From an uncultured Alphaproteobacteria bacterium (GTDB taxonomy: Bacteria; Pseudomonadota; Alphaproteobacteria; Rhizobiales; Xanthobacteraceae), in the NCBI GenBank assembly GCA_963695615.1, contig CAVOHH010000004.1, positions 553,883 through 617,882 on the forward strand: a DNA stretch of 64,000 nt, read 5' to 3'. This document shows positions 19,736 through 30,722 of the stretch, one piece after another. A model generated the notes under the pieces. The model was not told where the DNA came from. It made no database searches and saw only the letters and a program-made list of their open reading frames with translations. Within the stretch, counting starts at the first letter, position 1. The number at the start of each line of letters is the position of its first letter. The position numbers and the translations under genes are program-made.

Positions 19736-22425
19736 ATGATGAGCATCTGCCCGACCGTTGGCGGCTCTCGCGACGACCCTGATGACGTGACCGTGCTCGA
19801 AAAGATTTCACCGCTGCCGGAGGTGTTCACGCGCTGGTTCGCCGGCCGCGGCTGGACGCCGCGCGCACACCAGCTGGAGCTTTTGGCCAAGGCGCAGGCC
19901 GGCCGCTCGGTGCTGCTGATCGCGCCGACCGGCGGCGGCAAGACGCTGGCCGGATTTCTGCCGAGCTTGGTGGAGTTGAGCGGCAACTCCCTCCCCCGCT
20001 TGCGGGGGAGGGTTGGGGAGGGGGCGCGCGGGAGCCACGACGCTGCCGACTTGCCCCCTCCGGGCGAGCTTCGCTCGCCGTCCTCCCCCGCAAGCGGGGG
20101 AGGAAAGAGGCTTATCTCGACCGGCCGCGACGTGCGCCGCGACGGCGGCCTGCACACGCTCTACATTTCGCCGCTGAAGGCGCTCGCCGTCGATATCGCG
20201 CGCAATCTCGAAGCGCCGATCGCCGAAATGAAGCTGCCGATCCGCATCGAGACCCGCACCGGCGACACGCCGACCTCGAAGCGCCAGCGCCAGCGCCGCG
20301 ATCCGCCGGAGATTCTGCTGACGACGCCGGAGCAGTTGGCGCTGCTGCTCGCCTCCGCCGATGCGCCTTATCTGTTCGGCTCGCTCCGCCGCGTCATTCT
20401 CGACGAGCTGCATGCGCTGGTCACGTCGAAGCGCGGCGATCTGCTGTCGCTCGGGCTGGCGCGGCTGTTTCGCGTCGCGCCGAACCTGTCCAGCATCGGG
20501 CTGTCGGCGACCGTCGCCGAGCCCGACGATCTCTGCCGTTTCATGGTGCCGCAGCGCGATAGCGAGGCGCGTGCGCGCGCGCCGATCTTATTGTCGCCGA
20601 CGGCGGCGCCGCGCCGCACGTCGCCATGCTCGATTCGACCGAGCATGTGCCTTGGGCCGGCCATTCGGCGCGCTACGCGCTCGGCGAGCTTTATGCGCTC
20701 ATCAAGGCGCACCGCACCACGCTGGTTTTCGTCAATACGCGCAGCCAGGCCGAGGGCATTTTCCAGGATCTCTGGCACATCAACGACGACAATCTGCCGA
20801 TCGCGCTGCATCACGGCTCGCTCGACGTGGCGCAGCGGCGCAAGGTCGAAGGCGCGATGGCGGCCGGCCGCTTGCGCGCGGTGGTGTGCACGTCCTCGCT
20901 CGATCTCGGCGTCGATTGGGGCGATGTCGATCTCGTCGTCAATGTCGGCGCGCCGAAGGGCGCGTCGCGGCTGTTGCAGCGCATCGGCCGCGCCAATCAC
21001 CGCATGGACGAGCCGTCGAAGGGCGTGCTCATTCCGGCGAACCGCTTCGAGGTGCTGGAATGCCGTGCCGCGATCGAGGCGATCGCGGTGAATGCGCAGG
21101 ACACGCCGGCGCTCCGCATCGGCGGGCTCGACGTGCTGGCGCAGCACGTGCTCGGCTGCGCCTGCGGCGAGCCGTTCCTGAGCGACGATCTCTATGCCGA
21201 GGTGACGACGGCCGCGCCCTATGCGGCGCTCACCCGCGAGGATTTCGACGCCGTGGTCGATTTCGTCGCCACCGGCGGCTATGCGCTCAAGGCCTATGAC
21301 CGCTTCGCCCGCATCCGCGAAGGCAAGGACGGCCGCTGGCGCATCGCGCATCCCAATGTGGCGCAGCGCTACCGGATGAATGTCGGCACCATCGTCGAAG
21401 CCGACATGCTCAAGGTGCGGCTGGTGCGCTCGCGCGCTTCGAAAATGATCCCGCGCGGCGGACGCATCCTCGGCGAGGTCGAGGAATATTTCGTCGAGAC
21501 CATGGTGCCCGGCGACACCTTCGTGTTCGCCGGCGAGATTCTCAAATACGAGACCATCGTCGAAGACCAGGTCTATGTGTCGCGCACGACGTCCGAGGAT
21601 CCCAAAGTGCCGGCCTATGAAGGCGGCAAATTCCCGCTCTCGACCTATCTCGCCGATCGCGTGCGCGCCATCATTTCCGATCCGCGAGCCTGGCGGCAAT
21701 TGCCGCAACAAGTGCGCGAGTGGCTCGAAATCCAGAAATGGCGTTCGCAACTGCCGGGCCGGCGCGAACTGCTGGTCGAGACCTTTCCGCGCGGCAACAA
21801 GAATTATCTGGTCTGCTATCCGTTCGAAGGCCGGCTCGCGCACCAGACGCTCGGCATGCTGCTGACGCGGCGGCTCGAGCGCGCGCGGCAACGGCCGCTC
21901 GGCTTCGTCGCCAATGAATATGCGCTCGCGGTCTGGGGGCTCGGCGATGTCGCGCTGCACATCGCGCGCGGCGAACTGTCGCTCGCCGCCTTGTTCGACG
22001 AGGACATGCTCGGCGACGATCTCGAAGCGTGGCTTGCCGAATCGGCGCTGATGAAGCGCACCTTCCGCAATTGCGCGATCATCGCCGGCCTGATCGAGCG
22101 GCGCTTTCCGGGCGAGGAGAAGTCGCGCCGGCAGGTCACGATCTCGACCGATCTCGTCTACGACGTGCTGCGCAGCCATCAGCCCGACCACGTGCTGTTG
22201 CGCGCCGCGCGCGCCGATGCCGCGACCGGGCTCCTCGACGTGCGCCGGCTCGGCGAAATGCTCTCGCGCATCAAGGGCCGAATCGTCCATAAAGCGCTCG
22301 ACCATGTGTCGCCGCTCGCGGTTCCGGTCATGCTGGAGATCGGGCGCGAGGCGGTCTATGGCGAGGCGGCCGATACGCTGCTCGCCGAAACCGAGGACGA
22401 ATTGGTGAAGGAGGCGATGCAGTGA
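19736..22425 (+). CDS. ligase-associated DNA damage response DEXH-box helicase (Lhr-like); one apparent frameshift near 20600; carries an in-frame repeat insertion
   Basis: APTGGGKTLAGFLPSL (motif I), LHTLYISPLKALAVD, VILDELHALV (DExH) and GLSATV in ORF 19700..21091. VFVNTRSQAE, HHGSLDVAQR and LDLGVDWGDVDLVVNVGAPKGASRLLQRIGRANH in ORF 20626..22425. The start (ATG at 19736 or 19739) is uncertain. Confidence 0.85.
19988..20103. repeat. REP-like four-hairpin mosaic element inside the helicase CDS
   Basis: Four hairpins in series. (1) CTCCCCCGC-TT-GCGGGGGAG at 19991-20010. (2) GGAGGGGGC...GCCCCCTCC at 20017-20061. (3) GGCGAGC-TTC-GCTCGCC at 20063-20079. (4) CCTCCCCCGC-AA-GCGGGGGAGG at 20082-20103. 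Same order, loops and spacing as 6041-6161. Confidence 0.75.
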
Positions 22426-23170
22426 GCGTTTCATCCGCTCATTCCCGCTGCAAGCGAGACCGCCGGCGCCGTCCTCGCCCGCGCGCGAGCATGCGCGCGA
22501 GATTGTCGTCGCCGGCGTCACGCTCGTCGCCGATCCAGCCGGCGCGCTCTATTGGCCGGAGGAAAAGCTTCTCGTCGTCGCCGATCTGCATCTGGAAAAG
22601 GGCTCGGCCTTCGCCGCGCGCGGCGTGCTGTTGCCGCCTTACGACACGGCGGCGACCTTGGCGCGGCTCGCGCGCCTGATCGAGCGCTATGCGCCGCGTC
22701 TCGTGATCGCGCTCGGCGACAGCTTTCATGACGGCGGCGGTCCGGCGCGCATGGCCGAGCCGAGCCGCGTCGCGCTCCGCGCGCTGCAGCGCGGCCGCGA
22801 TTGGGTCTGGATTGCCGGCAATCACGATCCCGATCCGGCGGAGAATATCGGCGGCCGTTTTGCCGATGTGCTGGCGCTCGGCGCGCTGACCTTCCGCCAC
22901 GAACCTTCGCGCGACCCGAGCGACGGCGAGATCGCCGGTCATCTGCATCCGCTGGCGTGCATCGTGCAGCGCGGCCGCGCGGTGCGGCGGCGCTGTTTCG
23001 CCAGCGACGGCCGCCGCCTCGTCATGCCGGCCTTCGGCGCCTATGCCGGCGGCCTCAATGTGCGCGACCGCGCCATCGCGTCCTTGTTCGGCGCGCTGTC
23101 GTTCACCGCGCATATGCTGGGCGAGCGGCGGCTCTACGCCGTTCCCGCCGCGCGCTGTCTGTCGGATTAG
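22422..23170 (+). CDS. pdeM: ligase-associated DNA damage response endonuclease/phosphoesterase PdeM; N-terminal frame and start unresolved
   Basis: VTLVADPAGALYWPEEKLLVVADLHLEKGSAFAARGVLLPPYD, ALGDSFHD and WIAGNHDP are calcineurin-like metallophosphoesterase motifs. The gene immediately follows the helicase stop. Confidence 0.8.
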
Positions 23171-23176
23171 AGCTAG

Positions 23177-26100
23177 CTAGAGCTTGGCTTCGGGCGCGCC
23201 GGGCTTGGCGCCGGCGGGCTTCGGCTTCATCGCCTTCGCGGCTTGCGGATCCCAGCCGCCCGGCGGCGTCTTGACGTTGATGGCGTCGTCCGGCTGCGCC
23301 ACGGCGGCCCATTTCTGCACCGCGGCCTGCGCCGCGTCGAGCGATTGCTGGTCGAGATGGGAGGCGACCTCGTCGCGCTTCTTGCCGGCATCGGCGTCAC
23401 CGCGATTGGCCGCAAGCGTGAACCACTTGTAGGACTCGGCGTAGTTCTGCTCCACGCCGATGCCGCGCGCGTAGAGGATGGCGAGATTGTATTGGCTGTC
23501 GGTGATGCCGCGGTCGGCGGCCTTGCGGAACCAGAGCGCGGCGGTGCGGTAATCGGCCGGGCCGTTGATGCCTTCGGCGTAAAGCACCGCGAGATTGTGC
23601 ATGGCCTTGCCGTTGCCCTTGTCGGCGGCGGCCGCATAGAGGTCGCGCGCCGTGGCGAGGTCCTTCTTCACCCCGATGCCTTTTTCGTAAAGGCCGCCGA
23701 GGCGGAATTGCGCCGGCGCCAATCCTTGCTCGGCGGCGCGTTGAAGCCAGTGCGCGGCCTGCTCGTTGCTCGCGCGGAACGCCGTGGCCTTCGGCAAAGC
23801 GCGTCGCGACTTCGAATTCGGCCGCCGCATCGCCGGCGAGCGCGGCGGCGCGGAGCGTCGGCCCGCCGATCGTCGCCGGCAGCTTGTCGGCGTCGGCGGC
23901 AGGCGCTTGAACGGGGGCCAGAGCTGGGACCGGTGCAAAATCCCGCGGCGGCACGCGGCGCGGCAGCGAGCCGGTGACGTCGGGCGTATCAGGCAGCGTC
24001 GACTGGCGTTGCGATGCGGGCAGGCGATGGTGCGCCGGGATTTTGCGCAGGCTGCGCATCCGGGGTGATGTTCAGCGGCTGGCTTGGTCCCGCATTTGGC
24101 CGCATTTGATCCTGCATTTGGCGCAGTGTTCGGTGACGTGTCGGTCGGAGCGCCTGGAACCGGGAGCGTCAGCGGGCCGCTGTCGACGCGGGCGGCGGCG
24201 TGACCGCGGAATCTTTTCCGGCGGCATGTCGGATCGATTGTTCGGGCAGCGGCGGCGGTGAAATCGCGGAGCCGCTATTGTCCTGGAACATGTGCAGGAC
24301 GATGTGCACGCACAGCGCCGCGACGACGACGGCGCCGCCGGCCACGAGCAGCTTGCGCAAGCGCTGCGGCAGTCGCTTTTGACTGCGAGGGGTCTTTGCG
24401 GCCCTCGATTTGCGTTCGGCCGGAGCCGCAGCGGCGGCCTGCGCGGCGTGTCGCGCGGCGGCGATGAAATTCGGCTTTTCATCCGGCGGCGGCGGGAGGC
24501 TTGACCAAACCGGCGGCGGCTTCCGACGCGGCGATGCGATCGGCGGCGGACGGCGCGGCGCGCGAGCCCGGGGCGGAGCCGGGCTCCAGCGGATGATCGG
24601 GCGGCAGATTGGGGTCGATCGGCGCGCGGGGCGCAGCCGTCATGCGGCGCGGCGCGGTTTCGAAGGAGCCGGGCTCGGCAGCGGCAGGCGCCGGCGCTAT
24701 TTCGGGTGCGGAGATGGTCATCGGCGCCGGCACTGTTGCGGCGGGCGCTGCCGGCGCAGGTGCTAACGGCATCGGCGCCGCGGCGGCAGGCGTCGGCTTG
24801 GTGACCACCGCTTCGGGCCTTGGCTGCGGCGTTACCGGTGCCGGCGAGACCGGCGCCTCGGTCATGCCGCTTTCGATCATCGCCAGCCGATCGACCACGT
24901 GCTCGACGGCGCCGTGAACGGCTTCGAGCGAATCCTGGGTGCGGCGATCGCTGCGCTTGATCTCGGCGACTTCGCGCTCGATGGCGTCGACGGCCGCCGG
25001 TTGCGGCGTAGCAGCTAATCCTGCCGCGCCGCCCGCCGCGCCGCCACCTGTACCGCCACGCGCGCGGACCTCGTCGATATGCACCAGGAGATCGGCCAAG
25101 CCGCGCTCGACGGCTTCGAGATTGCCGAGCCGCGCGTCGGAGGCATCGAGCCGCTTGATCAGTTGCGCGATGCGGTCTTCGAGATGGCCGAGCGCTGCGT
25201 GATCGGTGTGCGTGAGCTGGACCCATTCGAGCTTCTCGATCAGCCCGGACAGGAGCTTTTCCAGCTCGCGCGGCACCGCGTGGCCCGGCTTCGGTCGAGG
25301 CATTGAGCGCATTGGCAAGCGTATCGAGGCGGCTTTCCAGCGCCGAAACGGCCTGCCCGCTCGCCGCGCTGTTGGCGAGCTCGTCGACCTTGCGCGGCCA
25401 GCGCGCGCACGTCCTCGGCGACCTTCGTCAGCGTGTCGTTGGACGCGACATGCGAGACGATGCCGCGCAACGCGCCGATCGCGGTTTCGAGCTGCTGCAG
25501 CGCGGCCGGATCTTCCTTGCCGATGATCAGATCGACCTTTTGCGACAGCGTTCGCACCGCATCGTCGAAGCCGACCAGGTTTTCGGCGGGCGTCAGGCTG
25601 TGCAGCGCGTCGCGCACTTCCGCGAGCCCGCGCTCGAGCCCGGCGAGCGCTGACGAGATCGACGCCGGTATCGCGGGAATGATCGATGCGCTGCGCCAGC
25701 GCCTGGACTTCGATCTGAAGCGATTCCACCGCATGGCGCGGCAGCGCTTCGGTGAGCTGGCGGCTGATGTCGGCGAGATCCTTGCGGAAAGCCGTGATGA
25801 CTTCCTCGAGGTCGCTGGTCGGCCGCAACGTTTCGATCCGCGCCGTGATGTTGCGCAACTGCTCTTCGAGCTTGGAAATATCGAGCGCGGGAGCCGCCGG
25901 GACGCTCGGCGCAGCCGGCGGCGCGGACGTCTCGGGCAGCGGCTGCGGCGGCTTTGCACTGAACGAGAGCGGAGCGGGGGCCGCGTCCGGGAGCGGTTCC
26001 GGCGCCCGTGGCTGAGGCGTTACGAACGGAACCGGCGCGCGGGGCGGCGGCGTGGATGGCGGCGTGGGCGCTTCGCCGTAAAGCGTGCGCTGCCGCTCGG

Positions 26101-26859
26101 TGATTTCGGCGATCGCGTCGTCGACCGAGAGCGTGCCGCCCGGCATCGCGCGATTGGCGGTTTGCGGCCGGCCCATCGGCATCATGCGGTCGCGATACGG
26201 CGCCGGCGGGGCGCCGGTCAGGCGCGGCGCTTCGGGCCGCGCCAGGCGCTCGAGCTGATGCGAGAGCTTGTCGAGACGGGCATGAACTTCGCCGATTTCC
26301 GTCCGAGCACGCGCGGCGAGCCGCAGTTCCTCGGTGCGGGCCGCCTCGCGCGCTTCTTCACGGGCGCGTGCGACCTCGCGGGCGGCAGCTCGCCCTAAAT
26401 GCCGCTCCTCGTCGCGGGCACGGGCGGCAGCTCGGGCCGCTTCGCGGATGCGCGGCGGATCGCGATCCGGGGTGCGGTCATTGTGGCGGTCTTGGTTGCG
26501 CTCCGAATCCCGCTGGCGATCCCGGCGCGGGGGTCGGTCGCGGCTTTCACTGCGCCGCGGTTCCGTATCTTCGAAGCGCGGCCCATAGTGGGAATCGCGG
26601 CGGGAATCGCGGTGGAATCATGCCGGGATTCGCGGCGCGGCGCATGGTCCGATTCGCGCTCGGAGTCGCGATAGGGCTCGCCGTAGCCGCGGTCGTCATC
26701 GGCGTAGCGCGCACGCTCGCCGTAATCTTCGTCCTCGGGCCGGATGACGTCGTTGAGCCATTCGCCGACCGACATGCCGGATCGGCGCGCGGCGTCGCGG
26801 GCGGCTTCGCGCGCTTCTGGACGGAGGCCTCTCAGATTCCACGGACCGCCAGATTTCAT
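23177..26859 (-). CDS. podJ: PodJ-like polar localisation factor (coiled coil, Pro-rich linker, TM, Sel1 repeats); many apparent frameshifts
   Basis: N-terminus MKSGGPWNLRGLRPEAREAARDAARRSGMSVGEWLNDVI (ORF 26395..26859) matches the conserved PodJ start. Coiled-coil segments lie in ORFs 24479..26185 and 25240..25959. A TM segment is MRKLLVAGGAVVVAALCVHIVL (24169..24360). C-terminal Sel1 repeats are in ORF 23177..23938. Confidence 0.75.
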
Positions 26860-27167
26860 TGCGCGCCCAAATCACATCGCGAGGAGCGGATGGCCCTGTC
26901 TTTGAGCTGTGGCTCGGTAACAGACGAAGCAGAGGGCGCGGCGTCCTCGGAATCCGACTTTTCCGGAATAGAGTAAACAAGCGGTTAAAGTCCGCCCTGG
27001 ACCCGTTAAGAATGGGCGTCGGACGCCAATCGGCCGGCAATCGGGGGCATGGAACCGGGTCGGAACCGGCGTCACAATTGGCCGTCGTCGCCCTGTCGTG
27101 AATCGGCTAGCCTATGGGCTAATCCGCCAGTCGGGGGTTTGCGGCGGGCGCGGGGGAGGACGACATC

Positions 27168-28959
27168 ATGCCGAGCTACAAGGCTCCGGTTGACGACGTG
27201 ATGTTCCTGTTGAGCGACGTGTTCCACATCGATCGCTACAACAACCTGCCCGGCTTCGCCGAGGCGACGCCCGATCTCATCGAGGCCGTGCTCGGCGAGG
27301 CCGCCAAATTCTGCGAGGACGTGCTGACCCCGCTCAATCGCGTCGGCGACAAGGAAGGCTGCCGCCGCCATGACGACGGCAGCGTCACGACGCCGACCGG
27401 ATTCAAGGACGCCTATAAGCAATTCACCGACGGCGGCTGGCTCGGCCTTTCGGCACCGGCCGAGTTCGGCGGCCAGGGTCTGCCGATGGTGATGGCGCAG
27501 GCCGTCAGCGAATTCCTCTGCTCGGCGAACATGGCATTCGCGATGTATTCGAGCTTGACCCAAGGCGCGATCGCGGCGCTGTTCACCCACGCTTCGGCCG
27601 AACAGAAGGCGCTCTACCTGCCCAAGCTCGTCAGCGGCGAATGGGCCGGGACGATGAATCTGACCGAGCCGCAATGCGGCACCGATCTCGGTCTGGTGCG
27701 CACGCGCGCCGTGCCGCAGCGGCGACGGCAGCTACAAAATCACCGGCACGAAGATTTTCATCTCCGCCGGCGAGCACGATCTGTCGGAGAATATCGTCCA
27801 TCTGGTGCTGGCGCGCATCGAAGGCGCGCCGGAAGGCACCAAGGGCATATCGCTCTTCATCGTTCCGAAATTTCTGCCGGCGGCAAATGGCGGCATCGGC
27901 GCGCGCAACGCGGTGACTTGCGGCTCGATCGAAGAGAAGATGGGCATCCACGGCAACGCCACCTGCGTGATGAATTACGACGGCGCGACCGGCTGGCTGA
28001 TGGGCGAAGCCAACCGCGGCTTGCAGGCGATGTTCGTGATGATGAACGAGGCGCGGCTCAATGTCGGCGTGCAGGGTTTGGCGCTGTCGGAGGTCGCCTA
28101 TCAGAACGCCGCCGCCTACGCCAAGGAACGTCTCGCCGGCCGCGCCATGACCGGCGCGAAATTTCCGCAGAAGCCGGCCGATCCCGATCATCGTGCATCC
28201 GGACGTGCGCCGCATGCTGATGAATATCCGCGCTTTCAACGAAGCGGCGCGCGCGCTGGTGTTATGGACCGCGCTGCAAAGCGACGTCGCGCATCGTTCC
28301 GAGGACGCCAAGGAACGGCAGGCGGCCGACGATCATCTGGGCCTGATGACGCCGGTGATCAAAGGCGTGCTCACCGATCAGGGCTTTGCCAATACCGTTG
28401 CGGCGCAGCAGGTCTTCGGCGGCCACGGCTATATCGCCGAGCACGGCATGGAGCAGTTCGTGCGCGACGCGCGCATCGCCATGCTCTACGAGGGCGCGAA
28501 CGGCATCCAGGCGCTCGATCTCGTCGGCCGCAAATTGCCGAAGGACGGCGGCCGCGCGTTGCAGGCTTTTTTCGGCGAGGTCTCGACCTACATCAAAGAG
28601 CACGGCGCGGATGCGGCAATGGCGCCCTATACGGCGCCGCTTGCGCAGGCGCTCGGCGAATTGCAGCAGGCGACCATGTGGTTTGTGCAGAACGCGCTGG
28701 CCAATCCCGAGAATGCCGGCGCCGGCGCCACCGATTATATGCATCTCTTCGGCTTGGTCGCGCTCGGCTATATGTGGTGCCGGATCGCCGAGTGCGGCGA
28801 AAGCCAAAATGGCAAACGGCGCCGACGCGCGAATGGCGCAGCGGTTGACGACGGGCCGTTTTTTCATGGAACGGCTACTGCCGGCCGCGAGCCGCGCATC
28901 TCGCGCGCATCAAGGCCGGCGCGTCGAGCACCATGGCATTGCCGTTGGAGGCGTTCTAG
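27168..28959 (+). CDS. long-type acyl-CoA dehydrogenase (~596 aa class); about 3 apparent frameshifts
   Basis: [19 protein letters not shown]... and [17 protein letters not shown] (ORF 27168..). [10 protein letters not shown] and [22 protein letters not shown] (ORF 27805..). [40 protein letters not shown] (ORF 28193..). The end ...TMALPLEAF* is at 28959. Confidence 0.8.
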
Positions 28960-29011
28960 CTAATCATCATATAAGTTGGCGCGCCTTTCGGTCAGCGCTT
29001 GAGAGGACTTC

Positions 29012-30223
29012 ATGCCCGACGCTTTCATCTACGATCACGTGCGCACGCCGCGCGGCCGCGGCAAGGCCGACGGCGCGCTGCACGAAGTCACCGCGCTCAA
29101 TCTGGCGAGCCCAGGCGCTCGGCGCCATCAAGAGCCCGCAACAATCTCGACACCGCGCTGGTCGATGACGTGGTGATGGGCGTGGTCGATCCGGTCGGCG
29201 AAGCCGCGGCCGATATCGCGCGCACCGCGGCGCTGGTCGCGGGCTTCGGCGACAGCGTCGCCGGCGTGCAGATCAACCGCTTTTGCGCCTCCGGCCTCGA
29301 CGCGGTGAATTTCGCTTCGGCGCAGATCATGTCGGGGCAGCAGGAACTGGCCGTCGGCGGCGGCGTCGAATCGATGAGCCGCGTCGGCATCGGCTCGGCC
29401 GGCGGCGCCTGGGCGATGGATCCCTCGATCGCGGTTGCGCATTACTTTTCTGCCGCAAGGCATTTCCGCCGATCTGATCGCGACCAAATACGGCTTCTCG
29501 CGCGACGACGTCGATGCCTATGCGGTCGAGAGTCAGAAACGCGCGGCGACGGCATGGGATGAGGGCCGCTTCGACCGTTCGGTGATGAAGGTCAAAGACG
29601 TCAACGGTCTCACCATCCTGGCCAAGGACGAACACATGCGCCCGGGCACGACGATGCAGTCGCTCGCCGCGCTCAAGCCGTCGTTTGTGCAGATGGGCGA
29701 ACTGGGCGGCTTCGACGCGGTGGCGATCCAGGCGCATCCCGAAGTGGAATTCGTCAATCATGTGCATCACGCCGGCAATTCCTCCGGCATTGTCGACGGC
29801 GCCGCCGCCGTTCTGATCGGCAGCAAGGAATCCGCGCAGAAGACGGGACTGAAAGCGCGCGCGCGGGTGCGCGCCTTCGCCAATATCGGCTCCGATCCGG
29901 CGTTGATGCTGACCGGCCCGGTCGACGTGACGAAGAAGGTGCTGAAATCCGCCGGCATGGAGATTTCCGACATCGATCTCTTCGAGGTCAATGAAGCCTT
30001 CGCTTCGGTGGTGTTGCGCTTTCTGCAGGCCTTCGATCTCGACGCCGCCAAGGTCAACGCCAATGGCGGCGCCATCGCTTTGGGTCATCCGCTCGGCGCC
30101 ACCGGCGCGATGATTCTCGGCACGCTGGTCGACGAGCTCGAGCGGCGCAATCTGTCGACCGGGCTGGTCACGCTGTGCATCGGCGCCGGCATGGGCACTG
30201 CGACGATCATCGAGCGCGTGTGA
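29012..30223 (+). CDS. acetyl-CoA C-acyltransferase (thiolase); about 2 apparent frameshifts
   Basis: [31 protein letters not shown] (active-site Cys) and [18 protein letters not shown]...LCIGAGMG at the C-terminus (ORF 29435..30223). Confidence 0.85.
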
Positions 30224-30249
30224 AGTTCTTAAAACCTTAAGAGAGCGCA

Positions 30250-30712
30250 ATGCCCAAAATCGATATCAGCAAGATACCGACCGATGCCCGCACCGGTTAT
30301 CCGGCGCCCTATGACCGCGTTGTCGTCGGCCGCGAGCGCAAACGTTTGGGCAATGCGGCGTGGCCTCGATCAGTTCGGCGTCAACCTGACGACGCTGAAA
30401 CCCGGCGCCGCGTCGGCGCTGCGGCACTGGCACGAGCGCGAGGACGAATTCATCTACCTGCTCGAAGGCGAGCTGGTCCTGATCGAGGACGAAGGCGAGA
30501 CGCTGCTTTTGCCGGGCGATGCCGCGGGCTTCAAGGCCAATAGCGGCAACGGTCATCATCTCGTCAACAAATCAGACCGCGACGCGGTCTATCTGGAAGT
30601 CGGCACGCGCTCCAAGCACGAGCGCGTCGAATATCCCGAAGCCGATCTGTTGGTCGTGCGCGACGACAAGGGTTTTCGTTACACGCACAAGAACGGCGAT
30701 CCCTATGAGTGA
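30250..30712 (+). CDS. cupin-domain protein; one apparent frameshift near 30350
   Basis: GVNLTTLKPGAASALRHWHEREDEFIYLLEGELVLIEDEGETLLLPGDAAGF is a cupin_2 pattern (HxH...E...H). Confidence 0.7.
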
Positions 30713-30722
30713 GAGCGGGCCA

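Noticed and set aside
20368-22521. Very long antisense or out-of-frame ORFs: 717 aa at 20368..22521(-), 612 aa at 60273..62111(-), 510 aa at 4681..6213(-), 490 aa at 45804..47276(-), 384 aa at 24072..25226(-), 377 aa at 2099..3232(-), and many smaller ones.
   Set aside because: They have the Arg/Ala/Gly/Pro-rich composition typical of non-coding frames in high-GC DNA. They show no recognisable motifs, and each is fully overlapped by a homology-supported gene in another frame or strand.
26860-27167. CtrA box in the podJ / acyl-CoA dehydrogenase divergent region (two TTAA motifs near 26985-27010).
   Set aside because: The spacing is 17 nt, not 7, so it does not fit the CtrA consensus.
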